Shown here: positions 19,654 to 29,995 of the stretch, piece after piece
Numbering within the stretch: position 1 is the stretch's first letter
How the letters are laid out: each line of letters starts with the position of its first letter
Virus record (IMG/VR): IMGVR_UViG_3300024999_000038
Span: 1-64,000 of that record
Direction: 5' to 3' (one strand)
DNA from: a virus
DNA length: 64,000 bases
Position numbers and translations under genes: made by a program
Notes under the pieces: generated by a model
What the model was told of the DNA's origin: nothing
Database searches by the model: none
Seen by the model: the letters and a program-made list of their open reading frames with translations, nothing else

Positions 19654-21267
19654 TTATAATTCTATAAACAACTCTTTAAATATCTCTTCTAATACATTAA
19701 CAACTATACTATTACCTGCCATCTTATAAATCTGGCTATTAGAAATCCCATTCTCTTTTAATATGTAATAGTCTTCATCATCAAAACCCATTAGACGAAG
19801 GCATTCCAAAGGGGTTAATTTACGGATTCTATATGTATTTTCTAAATATAATCCTGTATTACTTCCTAATCCTCCTCCATTAGTTTTTTGACAACATGCT
19901 ATTCCCTCACTGTCATAAACTCTATAACCTTCTTTATAATTTCTACTAAAATCTTTTTCATTATCAATCCATTTATTTGTAGTGTCAATTCCACAGATAA
20001 ATTTTAATTCATTTTCTATAAGTATTTTATTACCTTCTCCTTTGTTGGTTGTTACAGTTGGAGCCAAACCATTTTCACTATAAACACAACCATTCATTCC
20101 ATTGCCCGAAGGATTAGTATTGCCAACTTTAACTACTTTTGCTTGACTATTTTCATTAATAATTAATATTCCATGTTTATCCTGTGTGTTTAGTGTAAAA
20201 CTTGGTTCTCCGTCTTCTTTAAATCTCCTACCATTTTGTCTTTTTTCTACTCTATCAGGAGTTAAACATGGTCTGACTTCTACTACAGCATTTTGATCTT
20301 GATTTCTGTTTAATCCTCGCCAATCGCTTGCATTTAAGCTATGAGCATTATCAATTTCATTTTTTATCCCATCTTTACGGTTAAAAGTTACTACTTTTTT
20401 CGGCTCTTTAAAGTCATTAGTGAGAAGAGTTGGGCATATTCCTTCATAAGTTTTAACCCCACCAAACCCATTTTTAGCATCTAAAATCATATTATTCTTT
20501 AGACCTTTTTTAACTTGTTCTTCATTAAATTTTTCTAATAGTTTTTCTGTTTTCTCTTGACTTATGTAATATTTTTCATCTACATCTGACTCTAATAAAT
20601 CCTTTAACCTAATACCATTATCAAATCCTTCTGGAAATTTAAAACTACAATCATCTATATCTTTTCTTATACTTATCACAAAAACTCGTTCCCTGTTTTG
20701 AGGTATACCATAATCTTTTGCATTCAACACTTTCCAATATATATTATATCCATATTCTTTTAATTCTTCTATAATCTTATCAAAACTTGGTTTAAATTGT
20801 TTACCAACAAGACCTTTAACGTTTTCCATAAGTAAATATTTTGGGTTTTTGTATCTAATAATTCTTAATGCTTCTACTACTAAACTTGATCTTGTCTTAT
20901 TAATGTTTTTATTGTTACAATTGGGGCAACTATCTCGTTTACTATAATGGACATCTAATGGATTCCATTCATGACCACAATCCTTACAATTCCACGTAGC
21001 ACCTTTCTGTTTACCAGCTATACTGAAATCCTGACATGGACTACCGAATGTATATAAGTCTAAATCTGGGAGTTTTGTTTCATCTATTAAACAAATATCT
21101 CCATAATTAAGTTTTTCTTTTATATTGTGTATTAATCCAAAAGATTTAATTGCATACTTATCAATCTCTGAAAACCCTACTAGCTCATGAGGTATATCTA
21201 ATCTCTCTATCGCTTTGCTAACAGCACCTAGACCTGCAAATCCCTCAAATATTTTTATTGTTTCCAA
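19654..21267 (-). CDS. DNA (cytosine-5) methyltransferase, multi-TRD phage type
   Basis: FAGLG (I), SPCQDFS (IV), ENVKG (VI), PQNRERVF (VIII), RKLTP.ECLRLMGF (IX), AGNSI (X). Confidence 0.95.
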   Translation of the reverse strand: METIKIFEGFAGLGAVSKAIERLDIPHELVGFSEIDKYAIKSFGLIHNIKEKLNYGDICLIDETKLPDLDLYTFGSPCQDFSIAGKQKGATWNCKDCGHEWNPLDVHYSKRDSCPNCNNKNINKTRSSLVVEALRIIRYKNPKYLLMENVKGLVGKQFKPSFDKIIEELKEYGYNIYWKVLNAKDYGIPQNRERVFVISIRKDIDDCSFKFPEGFDNGIRLKDLLESDVDEKYYISQEKTEKLLEKFNEEQVKKGLKNNMILDAKNGFGGVKTYEGICPTLLTNDFKEPKKVVTFNRKDGIKNEIDNAHSLNASDWRGLNRNQDQNAVVEVRPCLTPDRVEKRQNGRRFKEDGEPSFTLNTQDKHGILIINENSQAKVVKVGNTNPSGNGMNGCVYSENGLAPTVTTNKGEGNKILIENELKFICGIDTTNKWIDNEKDFSRNYKEGYRVYDSEGIACCQKTNGGGLGSNTGLYLENTYRIRKLTPLECLRLMGFDDEDYYILKENGISNSQIYKMAGNSIVVNVLEEIFKELFIEL

Positions 21268-21324
21268 TATTGTATTTCCTACTTTCTATTATTTATTTAT
21301 ATATTATTATTAATGATTCACCTT

Positions 21325-21585
21325 TTATTCCTCAGCAACCATTTCACTCTTCTCATGCCATAAAAATCTCTTAACCTCACCTTCAAACCATATTTGATTA
21401 ATAAATGGTTTATCAGATAATTTAGCACAATAATGATAATAATGATTATCTTTTAAATCCAACCAATAAAAGTGAGGCCATTTACATTTAAATATTTCTA
21501 ACCATGAACCTCTTTTATGTATTATTGTTTTAGTTGGGTTTAGTATGAATTGTTTCCACGCTCCTAATAGACAATTACTATACAT
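21325..21585 (-). CDS. Hypothetical protein
   Basis: ORF with AGAAAGGAGA RBS; WPHFYW motif. Confidence 0.6.
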   Translation of the reverse strand: MYSNCLLGAWKQFILNPTKTIIHKRGSWLEIFKCKWPHFYWLDLKDNHYYHYCAKLSDKPFINQIWFEGEVKRFLWHEKSEMVAEE

Positions 21586-21599
21586 TTGTCTCTCCTTTC

Positions 21600-21842
21600 T
21601 TAATATATTTCCTTACACTTTACTACATCAATATTATGATATTTTGCACAATCTTTGCAATAATATAAATCATCTTCTTTTCCTACAAAGATATCTTCCA
21701 CTCTAATTAATTCTTCTTTGCAATAATGGCAATTTTCAGAAATATAATCTAGTTCATCCTCTACAATATTATGATTCAATACTTTTTGCATCTTCATTAC
21801 GAATCGTTGCCTCCGCAATTTCAAAGCTAGTATAATCTTCAA
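21600..21842 (-). CDS. Small Zn-finger protein (true start probably downstream)
   Basis: CHYC..CKDC. Confidence 0.5.
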   Translation of the reverse strand: MKIILALKLRRQRFVMKMQKVLNHNIVEDELDYISENCHYCKEELIRVEDIFVGKEDDLYYCKDCAKYHNIDVVKCKEIY

Positions 21843-22164
21843 TCACTAGTTCACAAAAATTATCTACATTCTTAAATAACCAATTCTCTAATTGCATAGA
21901 GCCGATACAATATCCTTCGATTTTGTGTGATTTATCTCTACACATATGTAAATTACCCATACCATTGAATGATTCTGTACTATTGTATACTCTTCCTACC
22001 ACCCTAACTAATTTACTTATTGATGAATCCCTATTAAATATTTCTTCTAAAATTGATGTAATGTTGGTTTTTTCTTGAGTCACTTTATCAATTATAATGT
22101 AATCCATTTTATTGTTTTTTGTATCATCTAATATAAGTTGACCATTTAAATATATTGATTTCAT
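21769..22164 (-). CDS. Hypothetical protein
   Basis: ORF with RBS. Confidence 0.6.
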   Translation of the reverse strand: MKSIYLNGQLILDDTKNNKMDYIIIDKVTQEKTNITSILEEIFNRDSSISKLVRVVGRVYNSTESFNGMGNLHMCRDKSHKIEGYCIGSMQLENWLFKNVDNFCELVIEDYTSFEIAEATIRNEDAKSIES

Positions 22165-22429
22165 TTTATTTTTCCTTCTTTCTTATTGTAAATTTATTTT
22201 TATATTTATATTTATATTTATATTTATTAAACTTTTACTAGATACATGTCTCTCGCTGTAATAATTATCCTAATATTTACCAGCTCTACAACCCTAGTGT
22301 AGCAAGGGTTTGAAATACACATTTTTAGAGAATTAAAATATTTGAGTCTAGAATCAATTAGATTATCCTTTGTGAATACTTGTTAGTATGCAAATATTGA
22401 ACGTCTTAGATAGTCAAATATTTGTGATT

Positions 22430-22849
22430 TTATGTATTTGTAATATTATTTTTCTGTTCTTTGAGTTTTAACTTTTCTTCTTTTAATTTTTCTTTCAGTT
22501 TCCATTCTTTAAGTTGCTGGTTGCTTCCTTTGGTTAATATTCTTACTATTTTATGTATTTCATGTAAATCACATTCATTAAAATGAAGAATTGCCTCTTC
22601 ACAGATATCACCACTAATATGTTCCCATACTTTAATTCCTGCTGATTCAAACTTTGGCATTAGATTGTTTACTGTACTTGAACCAGACGGTAGTAACATT
22701 GCAAGAATGTCAGGATTATCTGAGTATCTGTATATTTGATTGTTTTTAAATTTTAGATAATTATCGTCTTTGTTCTTTGATAGTTTTCCGTCTGTATTGG
22801 TTTCAAAAAATATGGTGTACAAACCTAAATACTTTGTTATTTTTAGCAA
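22430..22849 (-). CDS. Hypothetical protein
   Basis: 139 aa with GAGAGGAG RBS. Confidence 0.6.
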   Translation of the reverse strand: MLKITKYLGLYTIFFETNTDGKLSKNKDDNYLKFKNNQIYRYSDNPDILAMLLPSGSSTVNNLMPKFESAGIKVWEHISGDICEEAILHFNECDLHEIHKIVRILTKGSNQQLKEWKLKEKLKEEKLKLKEQKNNITNT

Positions 22850-22873
22850 CTCCTCTCTATATAATACGTATAC

Positions 22874-24400
22874 TTAATCGCAATAAGACCATAAAAGTTT
22901 TTCGTTTGTTATAGGGTGTTTTCCTGCGAAATCCAACTTATTGTTACAACAAGCAGATATGTTATTTACATTATATTCTCTACTTGCCTCTGCTAGAGAA
23001 TTAAAAACTTCACCTGTTGTTAAACATACTACTTTTTTACTTCCTTGTCCCCCTTGTAAAATACCATTCGCTTTTTGCTTTTCTTTTGGGTTATAATTAC
23101 ACCATCCCAAAATAACTCCTTGCTTTAAATAATTTGTAACAGTACCTCTGTTTAATTTTAGTTCATTTGCTATTCCTAATGTGCTTGTAATTCCTGAAGA
23201 CCATAGGTCGCAAGATTTTTTTACAAAACTAGAACATGCAAATTCATGACATTTTAACCAATCAATATCATCTTCTTTGAAGTTTAATAATATAGGCAAT
23301 TTACTGTTCATAATACTATTTTTAATCCATTTCATTTCCGATTTTCTACAATCTAATATTATGTAATTTTTAATACCATTTACTTTAGCAAGTTGTTCTT
23401 TACTTTTATCATTTTTCTGTGTTTCATTTAAAGAGGTTATCCAATTTTTGTTTTCCTTATAGTGTTGTAATCCGTGAGTTTCGACAATTCCATTTATTTT
23501 AGTGATATAATTATCATATTTATAATCTCCACACCATTCAAATGTTATTTTGCTTAATTGTGTTTTAAATTCCAAGTTCAATTGTTCAAACACACTAAAC
23601 AAAAACTTTTCTGAGTAAAATCCATCTGAGCATTTAGGACAAGAAAGTCCACTTTTTATAAATCGTCTAGGAGTTATTGGTTTTTCATATCCACAATCAG
23701 GGCATTTCATAAGAAGTTTTTCTGCTGTACCAACTGAATAATTTAATGCATCTTCTTTATTTACTAGATGTTTTACTAATTCTGGATTTGTTACTGCAAT
23801 TGCATTACATTGATAGCAATCAATATTTCCATTCTTCCTAACAACAAAATTAGCTATATTTTTCCTCTCTGAAATATGTTCAGGATTGTCCAAACATTTA
23901 AACCAATACCCCTTAAAATTTTCCCCTTGTGATCTATAACTTATTTCACTTGGTTTTAATTTATTTAAATCATAATCCCATCTATCTAATACATCTTGTC
24001 TATTATTTTCAATACACCATTGATAAAATGATTTAGATTTATCTAACCTAATTTTTGTTATTTTTTCTTTTCCAAATAATTCGTAAGCACATCTATTACA
24101 ATAATATTTTTCATCTTCTTTAACGTATCTTTTATAATTGGCCCAAGTTATATTTTTTAATATTTCACCACATCCATCACATTGAACATCAATTAAGATA
24201 CGTGACCAATCTTGTAAATCTTCAACTCTAACTTCAAATTCTTCTTTCCATTTTGTAAAAATATATTTCTTATCTTCGTACCATTTTTTATTTTTCGGAT
24301 TCCATTGCGTAAATACTGTTTTTGTTAAAATCATATTTTTCATCTCCTTTACATTATATTTACATAGTATGTACCAATATATTTTAGAATTACTTTTCAC
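22874..24400 (-). CDS. Zn-ribbon / PD-(D/E)xK-like homing endonuclease with C-terminal NUMOD1-type HTH
   Basis: WDYDLN and CPDCG..CPKC repeats; YKYD..VETHGLQHY; VVCLTTGEVFNSLAEA. Confidence 0.7.
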   Translation of the reverse strand: MKSNSKIYWYILCKYNVKEMKNMILTKTVFTQWNPKNKKWYEDKKYIFTKWKEEFEVRVEDLQDWSRILIDVQCDGCGEILKNITWANYKRYVKEDEKYYCNRCAYELFGKEKITKIRLDKSKSFYQWCIENNRQDVLDRWDYDLNKLKPSEISYRSQGENFKGYWFKCLDNPEHISERKNIANFVVRKNGNIDCYQCNAIAVTNPELVKHLVNKEDALNYSVGTAEKLLMKCPDCGYEKPITPRRFIKSGLSCPKCSDGFYSEKFLFSVFEQLNLEFKTQLSKITFEWCGDYKYDNYITKINGIVETHGLQHYKENKNWITSLNETQKNDKSKEQLAKVNGIKNYIILDCRKSEMKWIKNSIMNSKLPILLNFKEDDIDWLKCHEFACSSFVKKSCDLWSSGITSTLGIANELKLNRGTVTNYLKQGVILGWCNYNPKEKQKANGILQGGQGSKKVVCLTTGEVFNSLAEASREYNVNNISACCNNKLDFAGKHPITNEKLLWSYCD

Positions 24401-24487
24401 CTCCTCTTCCTGTAATCATTATACCATATTACTTATTGAATTGCAAATAATTATTTTACTATTTACAAAACAAAAATCATACTCCTT

Positions 24488-24769
24488 TTACATCGTACAA
24501 TTATACAAATCCTTCATCTCATCTTTTAAAGATCCATATCCATATTTATAATCTAATCTAGGAAATATAGTAACTGAGCGTTTCCAATCCATATGCTCTA
24601 TAGTTAGAATAATTTCATGCCCTATACTGTGTCCTTCATTATCAAGTTTGTCATATTGACTGACTATGAATTTAGGAGGAGAATCTGTATCATTTTTGTA
24701 TTCTTGTTTGCATATTTTATCTACTGCAAATTGAATGGAATCAATAATGTTTATGTATTCTAATTTCAT
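24488..24769 (-). CDS. Hypothetical protein
   Basis: ORF with RBS. Confidence 0.55.
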   Translation of the reverse strand: MKLEYINIIDSIQFAVDKICKQEYKNDTDSPPKFIVSQYDKLDNEGHSIGHEIILTIEHMDWKRSVTIFPRLDYKYGYGSLKDEMKDLYNCTM

Positions 24770-24786
24770 TTGTTATTTCACTTCCT

Positions 24787-24966
24787 TTATACATCAAATT
24801 CAACTTCGTATTCATAATTACATTGTGGACATTGTACCTCATAATTATCTCCACCATGCAAATAACGTGGTTTAAAATTACATTTAGGACAATTAAATTC
24901 ATCAGGTAGATGTTGATGTTTTATAATCAATTTGTTTACAAATGGTGACAACCAATCATTATCCAT
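24787..24966 (-). CDS. Small Zn-ribbon protein (59 aa)
   Basis: Hand translation ..FNCPKC..VQCPQCNYEYEV; AGGAGGTG RBS; upstream TTGACA-17-TATACT promoter and a long hairpin. Confidence 0.6.
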   Translation of the reverse strand: MDNDWLSPFVNKLIIKHQHLPDEFNCPKCNFKPRYLHGGDNYEVQCPQCNYEYEVEFDV

Positions 24967-25119
24967 ATTTTCACCTCCTTTTATTGTTAGATTTTGAGGT
25001 AAGGGGTTTACATATTTAATTGCAAAGTTTTAATATGTAAACATACGCCCCGTACCTCTATATACAGTATATCATTTAGTCAATGTTATGTCAAATAAAT
25101 TTATTTATTAATTTAAAAA

Positions 25120-26907
25120 CTATTTAGAAAAAACATTATGTAATTCATGACCATTTGTTTTATGTCTAAGCAATAAATATCTCTTAATAGTATCACTTAA
25201 TTCAATCTTATTACTCGCTCTTGAAATCCCGACATATACAATCGCCATCTCTTCAAATAGGTTGTTATTAACTTTCTTTTTATCTGGATCAACTTCAATA
25301 AACTTATTATAATATTCACTTTCAATATCAAAATGATCATCACTAATATATACAGGTATTGAATAAGTTTGGCCTTTACTGCGGTGAATGGTGGAAAATA
25401 TAATATTTGCATTTTCTTTTTTAGTTACTGCATTATTTTTAATTCCATTTACAATATCAATAATTCTTGAACCATATTTCTTTACCATTCTAATTAGTGA
25501 AAGAAGTTCTAAATCAACTGTTTTTTCTGAGTATTCTTCTAAGTCTTGATAATTCTTAAATTTTGATAATATTTTATTTTTGGTTTGTTTTCCTATACTG
25601 AAATAATAGCAGTCAGAAATATTTTCAAAGTTATAAGATTTATATGTTCCTTCGAAGAAAAACTTTTTATTATTATCTAAATATAAAGCTTCTGCAATCT
25701 CAGCAAATATATATGCATTAGTTCTACACAGACACACATAGGGCTTTGATTTATCAATTTTATCTACTATAGTTTGTTTTGTATTGAATCCTTTCATTTG
25801 AATATCATTATCTGACATATCTCCAATAATTAAATTTGCAATATGGGCTATATTTTGTGATACTCTAAATGAAGTTGTTAGAAAATATTCTTTTGCTTCA
25901 AATAATGGCATAATATTAATTGCATTACGCCAAGAGTACAAAGCTTGGAAGCGATCTCCACAAATACATATACCTTTAACATTAGAATTTTCAATAATAT
26001 CAAACATCATCTTACTGCTGTCCTGTGCCTCATCCAAAAGGATAATATCATATTTATTAGATAAATCTTGCTGACTTAATTGAAATAATTTTAAATAAAA
26101 ATCATGCGTAACCTTTATGTTATTTTTATATGATTTCATCATAGTCCATAATTTTTCACATAGGGATATTATTTGTCCTCTCATTTTATCATTTATGAAT
26201 AACTCTAAATCATTAAATGTTTGGACATCCGACAACATATATTGTTTCATCATTTCATTAATTTTTACTGCCAATTCCATATCATTATGCCAATTAAGAT
26301 TAAGATCCTTAATAATATCCACAGTTCCATAATTAAATGTAAGTTTATCTTTATAGAATCTTCCGACATGTCCAAAAGCCAATCCGTGTACGGTTTTTAC
26401 GTCAACAAAGTTAAGTTTTCCAAAACTTCCATTTTGTGCCTCGGTTTTCATTGCTGTATTATATACCAAATACAATATCTTTTTGAATGGTCTTGCTTTC
26501 GAGTAATAGTAGAGGGTGCTTGATTTGGCACTTCCTGCTAAAGCTGATATTTTTATTCTATCTTCTGTAGAATTTATAATATCTTTTTGTTCATTTGTAA
26601 GAGCAAAACCATCATCAGACATATAATCAGACATTTCAATAGTAATATTATCAAACTGTTTGTTATAAAATTCATTAGATAATATATTAGATTCAGATTC
26701 TTGTAATATTAAACTCTCTTCTTTTAATATCAATTTCATTTTCAATTCGCATTCTTCACCTAGTCCTTTGGGATGAGCATAATATTGTTTTTGAGCACCA
26801 AATTTTCTTGTAAGATTCTCTCCACATACTGAACAATGATATGTATTTTCGGAAACTGACTCTATGATATCTACCATTTTATTATTTTGATCTAAAGCTT
26901 TTTTCAT
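25120..26907 (-). CDS. UvrD/SF1 DNA helicase with N-terminal CoiA-like Zn finger
   Basis: ALAGSAKS, LLDEAQD, GDRFQ, SFR, STIHRSKG, YVGISRA motifs. Confidence 0.9.
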   Translation of the reverse strand: MKKALDQNNKMVDIIESVSENTYHCSVCGENLTRKFGAQKQYYAHPKGLGEECELKMKLILKEESLILQESESNILSNEFYNKQFDNITIEMSDYMSDDGFALTNEQKDIINSTEDRIKISALAGSAKSSTLYYYSKARPFKKILYLVYNTAMKTEAQNGSFGKLNFVDVKTVHGLAFGHVGRFYKDKLTFNYGTVDIIKDLNLNWHNDMELAVKINEMMKQYMLSDVQTFNDLELFINDKMRGQIISLCEKLWTMMKSYKNNIKVTHDFYLKLFQLSQQDLSNKYDIILLDEAQDSSKMMFDIIENSNVKGICICGDRFQALYSWRNAINIMPLFEAKEYFLTTSFRVSQNIAHIANLIIGDMSDNDIQMKGFNTKQTIVDKIDKSKPYVCLCRTNAYIFAEIAEALYLDNNKKFFFEGTYKSYNFENISDCYYFSIGKQTKNKILSKFKNYQDLEEYSEKTVDLELLSLIRMVKKYGSRIIDIVNGIKNNAVTKKENANIIFSTIHRSKGQTYSIPVYISDDHFDIESEYYNKFIEVDPDKKKVNNNLFEEMAIVYVGISRASNKIELSDTIKRYLLLRHKTNGHELHNVFSK

Positions 26908-28033
26908 TTAATTAATTCCTCTTCTCTTTTGTTTCTTTCATTCAATTCATCCTCAATCTGTTGCAAAACATCAATAGGTATTTGTGAGCGATTTAAATCT
27001 TCTATTTCTTGAAGTGATTTCTGTTCTTCAATTGTAAGTTCAATATTCCAGTAATTATCATTATCCTCAAATGGATCTTCAAATATATCTGGTTCATCTT
27101 CATTATCATATATTTTTGGTAGAGGTAAAGGTTTTCTGTTCTGAAGTCCTATTCCTTTAGGCTTTATTTCTACAGGTTCATTTTCTTTAACTAGTTCTTT
27201 CTCTTTGTATTGTAATTCTTCATACTGTTTAAGTTTTTCCTCCAATTCTTTAATCTTAATATCTTTTTCACTTAAAATATTATTTATCTTTTGTTTAACA
27301 CTTCTTTTTACATTGGATTTTACTTTATCTGTATATATTAACCCTTTCGAACTTACTTCTATCTGTAATTGGTAATTAAAATTCACCTCATCGTCCCAAT
27401 TACCTATAAATGTAGTACAATAATGTTTATCTGGTGTCAAGTAACTATTATTAAATCTAATCAGATGCAAATCATCTTGCAATATCTTATTATATCTCTG
27501 AATGGTTCTTGAATCAGTAATTAACTTCTTTAATTTACCTTGAGTTAAATATCCAAAATTACTATCATTATGAGAAACTCTTTTACAAGCAATAAAATAT
27601 CTGATTATATTAAACTTGCTAATATTCTCACCATGTAATTGATTAAATATATGTATTATATCTTTATCATAAAGTTTAAAGAAATGATCTTCTGGTGGTC
27701 TGATTAATTCAATCTGAAATAATGAATCTTTACTTGATGTTGCCTCTTCAAAAGTTATCTCTTCATCACTTAAATCATAAAATTTAATTATATAATTTTA
27801 TCAGTTAAACCTTTCATAGATTCCTTTATTTTTAATACCATACCTCTATTGTTAGATGTATCAATTTTCATCATACTTGCTATTGCTTGAATTGAACATA
27901 GTCCAATTGATTTACTTAATTGATAATGTTTATACATCAACACGAATACCGTAACTTCTTCATTAGAAATACTTAAATCATCATATATACTATTTGGCAA
28001 CATAATAAAATTTCCTTTTGGATCATCATTCAT
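26904..28033 (-). pseudogene. Rep/HTH-like replication protein split by a 1-nt frameshift at ~27797
   Basis: The 81-aa ORF (FIMLPNSIY..) and the frame of the 192-aa ORF, which is open back to ~27800, join into ~376 aa if the A4 run in GATAAAATT is A5. Confidence 0.6.
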
Positions 28034-28067
28034 AATTTAATCAATCTCCTCAATCATATTAATTATT

Positions 28068-28256
28068 TTATTTAAGACTATTATAGAACTCAGTTAATGC
28101 TGTGAATAATTCTTCTGTCTTTGTAAATTTATAAGTTCTTATTATATTGTCTCTTTTAATGAATATTGGCTTAATACCTTTAGTGGATAAATAGTCTACC
28201 TCTACACTCCATTGTGTAGCATATTCTTTATCAAATTTCATTTCAAAATCAACCAC
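28068..28256 (-). CDS. Small hypothetical protein
   Basis: EY.TQW..EV.YL..KGI..YKF.KT.ELF pattern typical of small Firmicute phage proteins. Confidence 0.6.
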   Translation of the reverse strand: MVDFEMKFDKEYATQWSVEVDYLSTKGIKPIFIKRDNIIRTYKFTKTEELFTALTEFYNSLK

Positions 28257-28278
28257 CTTTATTGATATTTTATTATGT

Positions 28279-28558
28279 ACCTATGTAATGTGTACGCAAA
28301 ATTGTACTAAGATTACATAGGTGACTGCCTCACGAATTACCGTACACATTACATAGCACCTTGTAATCTTTACGCAAAACCGTGAGGCAATACACGTAAT
28401 GTTTACGCCAGAGCGTGAGGCAGTCGTTGTAAAGTATATAGTTAATTTGTACTAAGATCACAGTGAATAAAGATAGATATAAGTATAAAGAAATAAAGAA
28501 GTAATAAAGAGAAAAATATAATAAAGAGATATATTCATTTGCTAAAGCAAAATGAGAT
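28279..28558. repeat. Iteron-like direct/inverted repeats plus a purine-rich tract (candidate origin)
   Basis: ~28-bp unit GTAATnT(G/T)TACG-N6-CGTGAGGCA at ~28363 and ~28396, inverted at 28326-28353; perfect 16-bp inverted repeat 28281-28296/28341-28356. Confidence 0.6.
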
Positions 28559-28590
28559 TTGTTTTCTCTAATTTATTTTATTAACTTTTA

Positions 28591-29226
28591 TTATTCACTT
28601 AACAATGAATAGCAAATTACATCATTTTTAGATATTAAATTAATATTATTTACTTCAGATATTTCTTCAAGATGAAAAACTCCTTCATTAAATAATTCAA
28701 CTAAGTATTTTTTTATAGTTCTTGAGTCTTTTATCCCAAGTTTATGTAATATTATATTAATAGTAGTATATCTGCAATTATTATAAACTACCTCTTTATT
28801 TAGAATGTCAATAATTCTATTTTTAGTACTTTCTTTTCTTTCTTTATTATGTATATAAGGTTTAATAGTTAAGATATTTTTATTAATATCATAATTCATT
28901 ATTTCTACATTTTTTATATTTTGTAAACCAAAATATATATGATTTTCATATTCTGGAGCTATAGTTATCATCCGATTTGGTTCATTAAAACATGTTGGAT
29001 AATATGAAGATTACCAAATAATATCTTTACAATCAGTAACTATTTTAAGTTCTATTATACATAGTGTATTGTTTTTATCTCTTGCTAATATATCTATAAT
29101 TCCATTTTCAATTTTAATTTGGTTACCTATAAAAGTCATACCCTCTTCGATTACTGAAATGTCATTAATTATTAACTGTTCTAAATCCGTCTCTTTTTCA
29201 AACAATTTATACTCTCTCCTATTCAT
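28591..29226 (-). pseudogene. NucS-like PD-(D/E)xK endonuclease interrupted by an in-frame TAA
   Basis: IDILARD..IIELK..IIW*SSYYP. The two track ORFs are in frame, and the TAA sits where the Q of a Q..Y motif is expected. Confidence 0.7.
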
Positions 29227-29375
29227 TCAAAGTTTATTGTGAATCCTTCTGTGCCTATTTGTTTAAATATGCTTACTCCTATCTCTTCACCGATTTCATT
29301 CTTTTCTATTGTAAATAGAGAGTTAGGGATTTTAATAAATGTTTTGTTTATTATTTTATTTGTGTTTTCACTCAT
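29223..29375 (-). pseudogene. Truncated Rep-like N-terminus
   Basis: MSEN..TFIKIPNSLF.., similar to FIMLPNSIY of the 28033 gene; ends after 50 aa. Confidence 0.35.
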
Positions 29376-29659
29376 GTTTGGTTATTAATCTCCTTTTGAT
29401 ATTTATAATTTGATTTATTGGATAAGATAGGGAACTAAAATTAAAATACCATTCCGCATAGCTACATTAGTATTTTAATTTTATGCTACGCAAAACTAAT
29501 TATATTTATTTTCTACTTTATGTAAAACCAATAATATCAATTTGTATCATCAATATATTTATCTCCTTTCTGAATTTATTATAGTTTCTCCCCTCCTACT
29601 AAGTATACCACATTATATTAGTCCGTGTCAAATATTTATTTTAATATTTGTAAAAGAAT

Positions 29660-29995
29660 TTATAGTAAGTTAATCACCAATATCATTATAAATCCAATCA
29701 AATACTCAATATATTTTTCCATCTCACTTTTAACTGCTAATCTAACTTGATCAATTCCATGTCCTAATTCTATATGAGATATTTCTGTATATATTTTTCT
29801 TCTGAATGATTCTGGAATTGTTGAACTGATTTCCCTCCATTTAGTTTTACCTTTATGGAAGGAATGTGTGCAGAATATGTTGTTTAGGATGTAATCAAAA
29901 TCTTGAGCAATGGAAAAGAGATTGGATATTGATTTTAGTTGTGATTTATAGTTAGAGAATTGATTGAGATTGTTTTGTTTAGATTTTTTATTCAT
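29660..29995 (-). CDS. Hypothetical protein
   Basis: 111 aa with GAAAGGAG RBS and a sigmaA-like promoter. Confidence 0.55.
   Translation of the reverse strand: MNKKSKQNNLNQFSNYKSQLKSISNLFSIAQDFDYILNNIFCTHSFHKGKTKWREISSTIPESFRRKIYTEISHIELGHGIDQVRLAVKSEMEKYIEYLIGFIMILVINLL

Noticed and set aside
142-26523. Plus-strand ORFs opposite the late and replication genes (142, 713, 4071, 11133, 14808, 18470, 26221 etc.)
   Set aside because: Antisense shadows of well-supported minus-strand genes.
29011-29013. Genome-wide stop-codon reassignment
   Set aside because: Only isolated in-frame stops occur; TAA, TAG and TGA all terminate genes normally, and there is no suppressor tRNA.
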